NCBI GenBank assembly: GCA_903857795.1
Contig: CAIOGM010000051.1
Location: forward strand, 4,898 to 68,897
Origin: an uncultured Geobacter sp.
GTDB lineage: Bacteria > Desulfobacterota > Desulfuromonadia > Geobacterales > CAIOGM01
Direction of reading: 5' to 3'
Length of the DNA: 64,000 bases
This document shows, piece by piece, positions 38,201-48,145 of this stretch (the first letter of the stretch is position 1; every line of letters begins with the position of its first letter). The notes under the pieces are model-generated. The model saw nothing but the letters and a program-made list of their open reading frames with translations. It was not told the origin of the DNA and did no database searches. The position numbers were made by a program, and so were the translations under genes.

Positions 38201-38257
38201 CTCTCCGCGGGCGTCACGGACGCTGTTCTTCAGTGCTATCTCTATGCGATGAGCCAT
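35255..38257 (-). CDS. purL: Phosphoribosylformylglycinamidine synthase, fused PurS-PurL
   Basis: 1000 aa with [25 protein letters not shown], two AIR-synthase-like repeats, and an N-terminal PurS-like ~80 aa. Confidence 0.9.
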   Translation of the reverse strand: [1000 protein letters not shown]

Positions 38258-38263
38258 TGGTTT

Positions 38264-39343
38264 TTAGTCCTTATCCATGATTACCGTCCGGACGGGGAAT
38301 GGTATCATGATGCCGTTTTCCCGAAACCGTCGGATGATGAGGGTGTTGACCTTGTCCGTTATCTGAAAGAGTGTTGCATATTCGGCCACCCAGAAGAAGA
38401 GCGTCATGTTCAGGGCGCTCTCGCCGAAGGAGACCAGATACGACTCGGGAGCGGGGTCGACGAGAACCTGGTCCACCTCTCCGGCCGTCGCCACCAGGAG
38501 TCGTTTTACCTGCTCCGGATCGCTGTCGTACCCTACCCCTACGTTGATCCGCCCCCTGACGCGAAAATCAGGGAACGCCTGATTGACCACCATGGTGTTG
38601 CAGAGGTCCGAGTTGGGGATGACCAGGAGCATGTTGTCCATGGTCCTGATCCGGGTGCTCCTCAGGCCGATATCCGTCACATCGCCGACCTGCCCTCCGG
38701 TCAGCTGAATCCGGTCGCCGATCCGGAAGGGGCGGTCCAGCATGAGGGTAAATCCGGAGATCAGCTGGGCCAGGGTATCCTTGGCCGCCATGCCGATGGC
38801 CAGGGAGCCGATCCCAAGGGCGGTGACGAAGGAGAGGATATCGTACCCGAAATGCTTGAGGGTGATCATCAGGGCGGTGATGACCAGGAACAGGGTCCCG
38901 AGTTTCTCCGCCAGGGGGAGGAGCTGCCGGTCGAGCCCGTCGCGCCCCTGCTCCGCCATCCGGCCGCCGTACCACTCCAGGAGTTCGTGGAGGGAACGGT
39001 AGCCGATGGTGGTCACGATGAAGATGTTGATGATGAAGAGCGTTCCCGCTGCCCCCGTATGAACCGTGGCAGGGAGCGGCAGGGAACGGACCGCCAGGTA
39101 GAGCCCGGCAAAGAGCACCAGCAGGGAGAGTGACGGGGTGATCCTGGCCAGTATCCGGTCGTCCAGGTCGGTCCTGGTGATGGCGGTGAACCGGGGGCCC
39201 CAGCGGGTCAGGAGATACTTGACCAGCAGGGATAATCCCCAGAACAGGGCCACGATGAGGAGAGCCAGCAGCCCCTCTTTGAGCAGGACGAGGAGCGTCC
39301 CCTCCCCCGCCCCGACCTGGAACAGCCGTAAGAAATCAGCCAC
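38264..39343 (-). CDS. MscS-family mechanosensitive channel
   Basis: Several N-terminal TM helices, then LAQLISGFTLMLDRPFRIGDRIQLTGGQVGDVTDIGLRSTRIRTMDN. Confidence 0.85.
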   Translation of the reverse strand: MADFLRLFQVGAGEGTLLVLLKEGLLALLIVALFWGLSLLVKYLLTRWGPRFTAITRTDLDDRILARITPSLSLLVLFAGLYLAVRSLPLPATVHTGAAGTLFIINIFIVTTIGYRSLHELLEWYGGRMAEQGRDGLDRQLLPLAEKLGTLFLVITALMITLKHFGYDILSFVTALGIGSLAIGMAAKDTLAQLISGFTLMLDRPFRIGDRIQLTGGQVGDVTDIGLRSTRIRTMDNMLLVIPNSDLCNTMVVNQAFPDFRVRGRINVGVGYDSDPEQVKRLLVATAGEVDQVLVDPAPESYLVSFGESALNMTLFFWVAEYATLFQITDKVNTLIIRRFRENGIMIPFPVRTVIMDKD

Positions 39344-40631
39344 CGAAGACCCTGGAGAAGATGGTGTTCACATGCTTCAGATGATAGGTCAGATCGAAGG
39401 AGTTACGGATACTCGCCTCGCCCAGCGCCCCCACCACCTCCGGGTCCGCCAGGAGCTCCTCCTGGAAATCCTTCCCCTGCTCCCAGACCTTCATGGCGTT
39501 CTTCTGCACCAGCCGGTAGGCGTCCTCGCGGGAGACCCCGGCCTGGGTCAGATCCAGGAGTATCTTCTGGGAGAAGACGAGCCCCTTCATCTGGTTCAGG
39601 TTCCTCAGCATATTCTCGGGATAAACCACCAGGTTCCGGATGAGGCCGTTGAGCCGGCGCAGGGAGAAGTCAAGGGCCACCGTGGCGTCGGGTGCGATGT
39701 AGCGCTCCACCGAGGAGTGGGAGATGTCCCGTTCGTGCCAGAGGGCCACATTCTCCAGGGCCGGGATGCAGAAGGAGCGGATATAGCGCGCCTGGCCGGT
39801 GAGGTTCTCGGAGAGGATCGGGTTGCGCTTGTGGGGCATGGCCGACGACCCCTTTTGCCCCTTGCTGAAGAACTCCTCCACCTCCAGCACCTCGGTCCGC
39901 TGCAGGTGGCGGATCTCCACCGCGATCCGCTCCATGGAGGAGGCGATGATGGAGAGGGTGCAGAAGTATTCGGCGTGACGGTCCCGGGGGATGACCTGGG
40001 TGGAGACCGGCTCCGGGGTGAGCCCCATCCTGGCGCAGACGTACTCTTCCACGAAGGGGTCGATGTTGGCAAAAGTTCCCACCGCGCCGGAGATGGCGCC
40101 GGTGGCGATGTTCTCCCGGGCGGCCGCCAGCCGCTTCCGGTTGCGCGCCATCTCGGCGTACCAGGAGGCAAGCTTGAGGCCGAAGGTGACCGGCTCGGCG
40201 TGGATGCCGTGGGAGCGGCCGATGCAGACCGTCTCCTTATGCTCCAGGGCCCGCACTTTAAGCGACTCCAGCAGCTGGTCCAGGTCCGCCAGCAGTTCGT
40301 CGGCAGCCTGGGTCAGCTGCACCGACAGACAGGTGTCCAGCACGTCCGAAGAGGTCATCCCCTGGTGGATGAAGCGGGCCTCGGGCCCCACGAACTCGGC
40401 CACCGAGGTGAGGAAGGCGATGACATCGTGCTTGACCTCCGCCTCGATGACGTCGATCCGGGCGATGTCGAAGTTTCCCTTGGCGCGGATCACCGGCACC
40501 ACCTCTTTCGGGATAACCCCCAACTCCGCCTGGGCCTCGCAGGCCAGGGTCTCGATCTCCAGCCAGATGCGGAAACGGTTGGCGGGTTCCCAGATCTTGA
40601 CCATTTCGGGGCGGCTGTAACGTTCGATCAT
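39336..40631 (-). CDS. purB: Adenylosuccinate lyase
   Basis: MIERYSRPEM...GMTSSDVLDT...SSAMPHKRNP. Confidence 0.95.
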   Translation of the reverse strand: MIERYSRPEMVKIWEPANRFRIWLEIETLACEAQAELGVIPKEVVPVIRAKGNFDIARIDVIEAEVKHDVIAFLTSVAEFVGPEARFIHQGMTSSDVLDTCLSVQLTQAADELLADLDQLLESLKVRALEHKETVCIGRSHGIHAEPVTFGLKLASWYAEMARNRKRLAAARENIATGAISGAVGTFANIDPFVEEYVCARMGLTPEPVSTQVIPRDRHAEYFCTLSIIASSMERIAVEIRHLQRTEVLEVEEFFSKGQKGSSAMPHKRNPILSENLTGQARYIRSFCIPALENVALWHERDISHSSVERYIAPDATVALDFSLRRLNGLIRNLVVYPENMLRNLNQMKGLVFSQKILLDLTQAGVSREDAYRLVQKNAMKVWEQGKDFQEELLADPEVVGALGEASIRNSFDLTYHLKHVNTIFSRVFGG

Positions 40632-40648
40632 TTTTATCTCCTAAAAGC

Positions 40649-40755
40649 GGGTTCAAGGTTCAAGGTTCAAGGTTCAAGGTTCAGGGTTCGGGGTTCAAAG
40701 TTCAAGGTTCAGGGTTCGGGGTTTCAACCTTTGAACCCTAGAACCTTGAACCTAG
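40649..40755. repeat. About ten tandem GGTTCAR heptads followed by inverted heptads (hairpin-forming), filling the MBL-purB intergenic spacer
   Basis: GGTTCAA GGTTCAA GGTTCAA GGTTCAA GGTTCAG GGTTCGG GGTTCAA AGTTCAA GGTTCAG GGTTCGG GGTTTCA, then ACCTTTGAACCCTAGAACCTTGAACC. The last part is the reverse complement of the preceding heptads. Confidence 0.9.
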
Positions 40756-40758
40756 ATT

Positions 40759-41523
40759 TTAAAACAGGGCAGTCGGCCTCTCCTGACAGCCGATGGCCAT
40801 GCGGGGGGCGCAGCAGGTTGCCTTGTCCAGAACCGTACGCGCCTCGCGGCGGGCCACGTCGGGATGATTGTTTACCTCGGAAAGATGGGCCAGAAACAGG
40901 GAGTTGAAGCCGTCATGGAGCAGATCGGAGAGGAGCGCACCGGAGTCAACGTTGGAGAGATGACCGTGGCGGGAGTTGATCCGCTGCTTGAGATGCCAGG
41001 GGTACGGACCATTCCGGAGCATTTCCTCGTCGTGATTGAATTCCAGCACCAGGGAGTTGCAGCGCTTCAGTTTCTCCCGGACCAGGCGGGTGGCAACCCC
41101 CAGGTCGGTGGCGACCCCCGCCACCCCCTCGCTCCCCTCGATGACGTATCCCACCGGATCGACGGTGTCGTGGGTTATGGGAAACGGGTCGATGAGCAGG
41201 TCCCGGAAGGCAAAGGAGCAGCCGGCGTCGAACTCGATGATCGCCACCTTCTTGAGAAGCGGCGCTATCTCCCGGGCGGTGAGAGCGCTGGCGATCACCG
41301 GAATCTTCAGCCGTCGCGCCAGGGGCCCCACCCCCCGCACATGGTCGCCATGTTCGTGGGTCACCAGGATGGCGTCGAGGGTCGAGGCGTCCACCCCGAT
41401 GGCGGCGAGGCGAGTGATCAGTTCAATGGCCGACAACCCGGCGTCGATGAGGAGACGGCTCTGCCCTGACTCCAGATAGACCGAATTCCCCTTGCTACCG
41501 CTGGCCACCAGACAAACCCGCAC
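40759..41523 (-). CDS. MBL-fold metallo-hydrolase
   Basis: ASGSKGNSVYLESG..LLIDAG...LVTHEHGDHVRG. Confidence 0.8.
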   Translation of the reverse strand: MRVCLVASGSKGNSVYLESGQSRLLIDAGLSAIELITRLAAIGVDASTLDAILVTHEHGDHVRGVGPLARRLKIPVIASALTAREIAPLLKKVAIIEFDAGCSFAFRDLLIDPFPITHDTVDPVGYVIEGSEGVAGVATDLGVATRLVREKLKRCNSLVLEFNHDEEMLRNGPYPWHLKQRINSRHGHLSNVDSGALLSDLLHDGFNSLFLAHLSEVNNHPDVARREARTVLDKATCCAPRMAIGCQERPTALF

Positions 41524-41786
41524 CCATCCTCCGCTGATAATGATAATTTGAGCCGCTACCGGCAGCTGCTGCCAGCCGGCTAAAAATCAACCTCGTTCTT
41601 ATAACAGGAATCGTGATGACGGTTCAAGGAGAAAAGGGGATTCCGCGGCAGAGCGACGGATAAACCGCGTTCCTGACGAGGGGAGCATGCAGAGCCTGTA
41701 TGGATTTAAGGAATAGAGTCTTCCCTGTTGATTGACTTTTAGCCCCGGATAGTTTAGAAACAACGCTCATCAAGAGGGAGGATACC

Positions 41787-42836
41787 GTGAGCAACGACAG
41801 CATCACCTATAAAGACGCCGGGGTCGACATCGACGCGGGGAACAGTTTCGTCAAGATGATCAAACCGCTGGTGAAGGCGACCCGCAGACCCGAGGTGCTG
41901 GCCGATATCGGCGGCTTCGGCGGGCTCTTCGCCCTCAACACCGCCAAGTACAAGAACCCGGTCCTCGTCTCCGGCACCGACGGCGTCGGCACCAAGCTGA
42001 AGATCGCCTTCATGGCCGACCGGCACGAGAGCGTGGGGATCGACCTGGTCGCCATGTGCGTCAACGACATCATCGTCCAGGGGGCAGAGCCGCTCTTCTT
42101 CCTGGACTACCTGGCAACCGGCAAGCTGGAACCGGCCAAGGGGGCGGCCATCGTCAAGGGGATCGCCGAGGGGTGCAAACAGGCCGGCTGCGCCCTCATC
42201 GGCGGCGAGACCGCCGAGATGCCCGGCTTCTACTCGTCGGACGAATACGACCTGGCCGGCTTCACCGTGGGGGTCGTTGATCGTGACGCCATCGTGGACG
42301 GCTCCTCCATCACCGTGGGGGATACCCTCATCGGCCTGGCCTCCACCGGCCTCCACAGCAACGGCTACTCCCTGGCCCGCAAAGTCCTCTTCGACCGGAT
42401 GGGGCTCGGCATCAACGACATCATCCCCGAGACCGGCTGCAGCGTTGCCGACGAGCTCCTCATCCCGACCCGGATCTACGTCCGATCCATCCTGAATCTG
42501 CTCAGGGACTTCGCCATTCACGGCATCGCCCACATCACCGGCGGAGGACTGCCGGAAAACGTCCCCCGGATCCTTCCCAAGGGGTGCTTGGCCCGGATCC
42601 ACACCTCATCCTGGGAGATTCCCGCCATCTTCAGGGTGCTCCAGCGGGGGGGGAACATCGTGGATGAGGAGCTCTTCCGGACCTTCAACTGCGGCATCGG
42701 CATGGTCCTCTCCGTCTCCGCCGCCGACGCGTCCGAGGTGCTGATCCGCCTCAAGGGGCTGGGCGAAACCGCCATGGTGATCGGAGAGATCATCCGCTGC
42801 GAATTGGGACAGGAGTGCGCCGAACTGATCCCGTAA
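41787..42836 (+). CDS. purM: Phosphoribosylformylglycinamidine cyclo-ligase (AIR synthetase)
   Basis: YKDAGVDIDAGN...GTDGVGTKLK...DLVAMCVNDI. GTG start with GGGAGG upstream. Confidence 0.95.
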   Translation: MSNDSITYKDAGVDIDAGNSFVKMIKPLVKATRRPEVLADIGGFGGLFALNTAKYKNPVLVSGTDGVGTKLKIAFMADRHESVGIDLVAMCVNDIIVQGAEPLFFLDYLATGKLEPAKGAAIVKGIAEGCKQAGCALIGGETAEMPGFYSSDEYDLAGFTVGVVDRDAIVDGSSITVGDTLIGLASTGLHSNGYSLARKVLFDRMGLGINDIIPETGCSVADELLIPTRIYVRSILNLLRDFAIHGIAHITGGGLPENVPRILPKGCLARIHTSSWEIPAIFRVLQRGGNIVDEELFRTFNCGIGMVLSVSAADASEVLIRLKGLGETAMVIGEIIRCELGQECAELIP

Positions 42837-42865
42837 GCGGTGTCGCGGCAGAAGGAGTGCAGCAG

Positions 42866-43528
42866 ATGGGAATGAAATTGAAGATCGGCCTCCTCGCCTC
42901 GGGGAACGGCTCAAACCTCCAGGCGATCATCGACCGGAGTGAACAGGGGCTCCTGGACGCCCGGGTGGTCTGCGTCGTGACAAACCGGGCCGACGCCTTC
43001 GCCCTGGAACGGGCCAGGCGGCACGGCATCCCGGCCATCCACCTCAGCCATCGGGATTTTTCCAGCCGGGAGGAGTATGACGCCAGCCTGGTGAAACTCC
43101 TCAGGGAGCACGGGGTCCAGCTGGTGGTACTGGCCGGTTTCATGCGGATCATCACCCGGGTCCTCCTGGAGGCCTTCCCGGCGGCGGTGATGAACATCCA
43201 CCCGGCCCTCCTCCCCTCCTTCCCGGGACTCGACGCCCAACGACAGGCCCTGGAACATGGCGCGAAACTGGCCGGCTGCACGGTCCATTTCGTGGACGAG
43301 GGGACCGACACCGGGCCGATCATCATCCAGTCCGCGGTCCCCATCCTCCCCGACGATACCGTGGAGAGCCTCTCCCACCGGATCCTGCTCCGGGAGCACC
43401 AGAGCTACTCCCGGGCGATCCAGCTCTACGCCCTGGGGCGCCTCGCCATCCAGGGGCGCCGGGTCATCATCACCGGCGAGCACGCCCTTGGGGAGTCATC
43501 CCTCAGCAACCCCGCCGTTTCTCAATAA
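42866..43528 (+). CDS. purN: Phosphoribosylglycinamide formyltransferase
   Basis: IGLLASGNGSNLQAIID...VVLAGFMRI...NIHPALLPSFPG...GCTVHFVDEGTDTGPII. AAGGAG lies 8 nt upstream of the ATG at 42866. Confidence 0.9.
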   Translation: MGMKLKIGLLASGNGSNLQAIIDRSEQGLLDARVVCVVTNRADAFALERARRHGIPAIHLSHRDFSSREEYDASLVKLLREHGVQLVVLAGFMRIITRVLLEAFPAAVMNIHPALLPSFPGLDAQRQALEHGAKLAGCTVHFVDEGTDTGPIIIQSAVPILPDDTVESLSHRILLREHQSYSRAIQLYALGRLAIQGRRVIITGEHALGESSLSNPAVSQ

Positions 43529-44666
43529 CCGCCCTCTCCATCCTCCGAAGCGCCTCGATCAGAAGCTGACGGGGAGCGCCAAAGTTGAGCCGGATGAAGC
43601 CGGGACCACCGAAGTCGGCCCCGTCGGAGAGCCCCACCCCCGCCGCCTCGAAGAATTTCACCGGATCCTCACACCCCAGCTGCCGGGCGTCGATCCAGGC
43701 CAGATACGTCGCCTCCACGTGGGTCATGGCCACCCCCGGCATCCTCCCCATCCACTCGGTCACCAGATCCCGGTTCCCCCGCAGATACTCCAGCAGCTCC
43801 TGCCGCCACCCCTCGCCGTCGCGATACGCGGCCAGGGCGGCGGTGTACCCCAGGGCATTCACATGGGGGACGATCCCCGACTGAGTCGCCCGAAAGGCCC
43901 GACGCAGTTCCGGATCGGGGATCACCGCAAAGGAGCAGCCCAAGCCCGGGATGTTGTAGCTCTTGCTGGGGGCCAGCAGGGTGATGCTGCGGCGGGCCGT
44001 CTCCGGAGAGAGCGCGGCAATGGGGAGATGCCGCTTCTCCGGATCCAGGATGAGTCCGGCATGGATGTCGTCGGAGCCGATCACCAGGTCATGACGGGCC
44101 GCCACCAGGGCCAGCGCCTCCAGCTCCGAACGGCTCCAGACCCGCCCCACCGGGTTGTGGGGATTGCAGAGGAGAAGGAGTCTGCTCCGCGGCGTGATGG
44201 CGCGTTCGAGGGCCTGAAAGTCGATCACCCAGCGCGCCCCCTCAAGGAGCAGCGGCGCCGTGACCAGCGACCGCCGCGAGAGGCCCGGCGCCGAGAGGAA
44301 CGGCGGATAGACCGGGGTGAAGGTCAGGACCTCGTCCCCCTCACTGCCGACGGCCCGGCAGAGGAGATTGAGGCCGCAGACCAGGCCGGGGATCCAGAGC
44401 AGCCACTCTTTGGCGACATCCCAGCCGAACTCCCGGGAGAGGTGGCAAAGGACGGCCTCCACCAGCTCCTCCGGCGGACGGGTATAGCCGAAGATGCCGT
44501 GGCTCACCCGCTCATGAAGAGCGGTGATCACCGCCGGCGGGGAGAGAAAATCCATGTCCGCCACCCAGAGCGGGATGATATCCCGGCCACGGTACTTGTC
44601 CCATTTTTCGCTCTGGGTGCCGCTCCGGTCGATGACCCGGTCGAAATCGAATCTGCTCTCCGCCAT
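43503..44666 (-). CDS. PLP-dependent C-S lyase / aminotransferase (MalY/PatB type)
   Basis: DFDRVIDRSGTQSEKWD...IPLWVADMDF...LCNPHNPVGRVW...SKSYNIPGL. Confidence 0.8.
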   Translation of the reverse strand: MAESRFDFDRVIDRSGTQSEKWDKYRGRDIIPLWVADMDFLSPPAVITALHERVSHGIFGYTRPPEELVEAVLCHLSREFGWDVAKEWLLWIPGLVCGLNLLCRAVGSEGDEVLTFTPVYPPFLSAPGLSRRSLVTAPLLLEGARWVIDFQALERAITPRSRLLLLCNPHNPVGRVWSRSELEALALVAARHDLVIGSDDIHAGLILDPEKRHLPIAALSPETARRSITLLAPSKSYNIPGLGCSFAVIPDPELRRAFRATQSGIVPHVNALGYTAALAAYRDGEGWRQELLEYLRGNRDLVTEWMGRMPGVAMTHVEATYLAWIDARQLGCEDPVKFFEAAGVGLSDGADFGGPGFIRLNFGAPRQLLIEALRRMERAVIEKRRGC

Positions 44667-44803
44667 GTTGCGCTCCCTCCCCTGCCGACTCGCCCGCGTG
44701 ACAGGGCTGTTGTCTTCCGCCCTTGATGGGAGTATTCTGGCTGCTCATCAGCCCCGGCTCTCCGGATGCCGGCAGTTCGCCCTTCCCCAAAGGAGCTTCG
44801 ACC

Positions 44804-46843
44804 ATGACCGATCTCGACCGCCGCTGCATCACCACCATCAGGACACTGGCCATTGACGCCGTGCAACAGGCCAACTCCGGTCACCCCGGCGCCCCCATGG
44901 GGATGGCGTCTCTGGGGTATCTCCTCTGGACCCGGCAGCTGAGCCATAATCCCGGGAACCCGGCCTGGTTCAACCGCGACCGGTTCGTCCTCTCCAACGG
45001 TCACGCCTCCATGCTCCTCTATGCCCTCCTCCATCTCACCGGCTACGACCTGAGCCTGGACGATCTCCGCCGGTTCCGCCAGTGGGGGAGCAAGAGCCCG
45101 GGACACCCGGAGCAGGGGGTGACACCGGGGGTGGAGACCACCACCGGTCCGCTGGGACAGGGGTTCGCCAACGCCGTGGGGATGGCGCTGGCCGAGGCCC
45201 ACCTGGCAGCGCGCTTCAACCGCCCCGGATACCCCGTGGTGCAGCACTGCACTTATGTTTTCTGCGGTGACGGCGACCTGATGGAAGGGCTCTCCTACGA
45301 GGCGGCCTCCCTGGCCGGGCACCTGGGACTCGGCCGGCTCATCTGTCTCTACGATGACAACCGGATCACCATCGAAGGGGGGACAGAGCTCTCCTTTTCC
45401 GAGGATGTGGCCGCCCGGTTCAGCGCCTGCGGGTGGCAGGTCCAGGACGTGGGGGATGCGGCCGAGGAGCTCACCGTCATCTCCGCAGCCATCGAAGCGG
45501 CCCGGCAGGAGGAGAGCCGGCCGTCCCTCATCATCGTCCGGACCCATATCGGCTACGGCTCCCCTCACCGGCAGGACAGCAGCGCCGCCCACGGCGAGCC
45601 GCTGGGTGCGGACGAGACCCGGCTCACCAAGCGGGCCTACGGCTGGCCCGAGGACGCCCCCTTTCTCGTCCCGGAGGAGGTCAGAAACGAGCTGCTCACC
45701 GTTCGCACAAGGGGTGAGGAGCGGGAGGCGCTCTGGCGGGAACTCCTCGACGGATATGGCAAAGCCTTTCCCGACCTGGCCCGGAGCTTCCAGGCGGCCC
45801 TGTCAGGAGAGCTCCCCCAAGGGTGGGAGAGCGGGCTCCCCCGGTTCTTGCCGGGAGACGGCCCCCTGGCCACCCGCGCCGCCTCGGGAACCGTGCTCAA
45901 CGCCGTAGCCCGGCTGCTCCCCTGGCTCATGGGCGGCAGCGCCGACCTGGCTCCCTCCACCAAGAGCCTCATCACCGGCTCACCGTACCTCTCCCGTGAC
46001 AACTACGCCGGCCGCAACATCGCCTGGGGGGTCCGCGAACACGCCATGTGCAGCTGCACCAACGGTCTGGCCCTCCATGGCGGTATCCGCCCCTTTTGCG
46101 CGACCTTCTTCATCTTCACCGATTATGCCCGGCCGGCGCTTCGGCTGGCGGCGCTCATGAAGCTGCCCGTGATCTATATCATGACCCACGACTCCCTGGG
46201 GGTCGGGGAGGATGGCCCGACCCACCAGCCGGTGGAGCAACTCGCCTCGCTCCGGGCCATGCCGGGGCTGACCGTGCTCAGGCCGGCGGACGCCACGGAG
46301 ACGGCCGTGGCCTGGCAGGTCGCCCTGACCCGTGCGACTCCGACCCTCCTGGCCCTCACCCGCCAGAACCTCCCGGTCCTGGATCGCGACCGCCTCGCCG
46401 GCGCAGAAGGAGTCCTGCGAGGCGCCTATATCCTCGCGGCCGAGCAGGGTGAGGCCCCGCAGCTGATCCTCATCGCCACCGGCTCCGAGGTTCACCTGGC
46501 CCTGGCCGCCCGGGAAAAGCTCGCCCACGTGGGGATCGATTGCCGGGTGGTCAGTATGCCGAGTTGGGAGCTGTTTCGCGAACAGACGCAAGCGTATAGG
46601 GATCAGGTACTCCCGCCGAAGCAACAAAAGAGGCTCGCCCTGGAGGCGGGCTCTCCCCAGGGGTGGCACGAATGGGTAGGAGAGAGGGGCGCGATTATCG
46701 GCGTCGCACGGTTCGGCGCCAGCGCCCCTGCGGTAAGGCTCTTCGAGGAGTACGGGTTTACCGTTGAGAATGTGGTGGTGAAGGCGCGGGAGCTGCTGGG
46801 GAGTAGCCCCCCCGCGACACCGTATCACGCCAAACGTGGTTGA
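44804..46843 (+). CDS. tkt: Transketolase
   Basis: [22 protein letters not shown]...[10 protein letters not shown]...[23 protein letters not shown] lies upstream of the ATG at 44804. Confidence 0.95.
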   Translation: MTDLDRRCITTIRTLAIDAVQQANSGHPGAPMGMASLGYLLWTRQLSHNPGNPAWFNRDRFVLSNGHASMLLYALLHLTGYDLSLDDLRRFRQWGSKSPGHPEQGVTPGVETTTGPLGQGFANAVGMALAEAHLAARFNRPGYPVVQHCTYVFCGDGDLMEGLSYEAASLAGHLGLGRLICLYDDNRITIEGGTELSFSEDVAARFSACGWQVQDVGDAAEELTVISAAIEAARQEESRPSLIIVRTHIGYGSPHRQDSSAAHGEPLGADETRLTKRAYGWPEDAPFLVPEEVRNELLTVRTRGEEREALWRELLDGYGKAFPDLARSFQAALSGELPQGWESGLPRFLPGDGPLATRAASGTVLNAVARLLPWLMGGSADLAPSTKSLITGSPYLSRDNYAGRNIAWGVREHAMCSCTNGLALHGGIRPFCATFFIFTDYARPALRLAALMKLPVIYIMTHDSLGVGEDGPTHQPVEQLASLRAMPGLTVLRPADATETAVAWQVALTRATPTLLALTRQNLPVLDRDRLAGAEGVLRGAYILAAEQGEAPQLILIATGSEVHLALAAREKLAHVGIDCRVVSMPSWELFREQTQAYRDQVLPPKQQKRLALEAGSPQGWHEWVGERGAIIGVARFGASAPAVRLFEEYGFTVENVVVKARELLGSSPPATPYHAKRG

Positions 46844-47817
46844 GAGATGATATCCACCGCGGCTTCGCTCCGCCCTTTGGAGGCGTGAAGCTTCGTCAGG
46901 CTTTTCCCCTTGTCATCCCCCGAGGTTACGGATCTTTTCTTGGGACTCGGTTCCGTCCCGGTTGAAGTTACCGAGACGGGGGTAACAGCCTCACCGGCCG
47001 GCACAATCAAATCCTGATCGAGGACGACCTGGTGCGCATTGTGCTCGATCAGGTCAAGCAGCCGAAGGTATTTGGCGACTTCAGCCGGTTCCTTGGTTTT
47101 TCGACCGTAATAGGTCCCCGGATGGGTAAAGACATCGGTAACCACCCGGGCGTCATACACGGCAAAGTTGAACGAGCAGGTATTGGCCCAGGTGCTTTCA
47201 CCGGATGACGTCAGTTCGTCTCGGAAAGCTATCCGGACATCGATGCCGTCCAGAAACTGGCACTTCAGCACCTTTTGCGTCTCCGGATCCTGTAACTCTT
47301 CACGGTTGAGCACGAAGATTCGCAGGATATTGATCTTGCGTTGCAGGGCGCGAAGGTTCGATTGATAGAAGTTCACCATTGACCCCCGGCTGATCCACCC
47401 ATGGGTCAGCGGGTCCACGGCCCGGATCTGCTTCTGGGATTTGTCCGTCGCCTTGGCCCCATAAAGATAAAACTCTGTCTCGTCCAGGGGGATATAACCC
47501 TGACGCAACAGGGCGATGGTCTTGCCTATTCCAGCCACCAGCTCCTGAGCCTTTCCCTGGCATTCAGGGTCGTTTATCTGGGCGATGGCAAAGGTCAATT
47601 CGTGGGAATGCCGGTACTGTTCGGTCAGAGTCTCCCGCACATGATCCAGATCCTCCCGTAAGAGCCAGGTGGCCAGGGACAGGAGGACGCCGATGCCGAA
47701 AATGACATAGGATGCTTCCTCATATTTCAGCACCTGGTGAAAGAATAGCCCCAGAGCGGCTCCAGTGAGGAATTCTATTAATACGGCCATATTCTGTATT
47801 CTGATTTTTATATTCAT
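46825..47817 (-). CDS. Hypothetical membrane-anchored protein (two N-terminal TM helices, unknown soluble domain)
   Basis: 330-aa ORF with noticeably lower GC than the flanking tkt and ftsH. N-terminal hydrophobic segments are [16 protein letters not shown] and [17 protein letters not shown]. The 3' end overlaps the tkt 3' end by 19 nt. No motif recognised. Confidence 0.5.
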   Translation of the reverse strand: MNIKIRIQNMAVLIEFLTGAALGLFFHQVLKYEEASYVIFGIGVLLSLATWLLREDLDHVRETLTEQYRHSHELTFAIAQINDPECQGKAQELVAGIGKTIALLRQGYIPLDETEFYLYGAKATDKSQKQIRAVDPLTHGWISRGSMVNFYQSNLRALQRKINILRIFVLNREELQDPETQKVLKCQFLDGIDVRIAFRDELTSSGESTWANTCSFNFAVYDARVVTDVFTHPGTYYGRKTKEPAEVAKYLRLLDLIEHNAHQVVLDQDLIVPAGEAVTPVSVTSTGTEPSPKKRSVTSGDDKGKSLTKLHASKGRSEAAVDIISQPRLA

Positions 47818-48145
47818 GGCAAGCTCCCGGTCATATCTGTCATTGAAACAGCTGTTTTTGATCTGATTGTCTGCAAAAAAGGAATAGGCCGAAAGATCTC
47901 GCGTGAGAACCCGGCCTCAAATAGTGTCTGTCCATCCACTCCAAAATTATATGAGCAATCTAGCAACGATCCTACTGGTTTGTCAAGAAAACAATGACGC
48001 GAAAGCGGGAACCGGTGAGCGACTGCGTAGTGCCCGGTCAGACCGGTTCCTCCGGAACGCGGTCGTTTCGGGGAAGTGATTACAGGGCAGTTCAGGCGCG
48101 CATACTGCTGGCGTGAGCTCCAGCCGATCCAGTCTATTGAACCAG

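Noticed and set aside
35105-39133. 1342-aa ORF on the + strand, the longest ORF in the window
   Set aside because: It lies entirely antisense to purL and the MscS gene, both of which have unmistakable family motifs. Its translation is low-complexity and rich in Gly, Arg, Pro, Asp and His, typical of shadow ORFs in very GC-rich DNA.
40649-40755. A possible CRISPR array suggested by the regular repeats near 40.7 kb
   Set aside because: The period is only 7 nt and there are no unique spacers. It is a microsatellite plus hairpin, not a CRISPR.
41524-41786. A possible purine-related riboswitch (ZTP/pfl or purine) in the 260-nt leader of purM
   Set aside because: I could not find the conserved ZTP 3' element (CCGCCTGGGC-like) or a purine-riboswitch three-way junction pattern. 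I saw only a small GGCAG/CTGCC hairpin and a weak TTGACT promoter-like hexamer.
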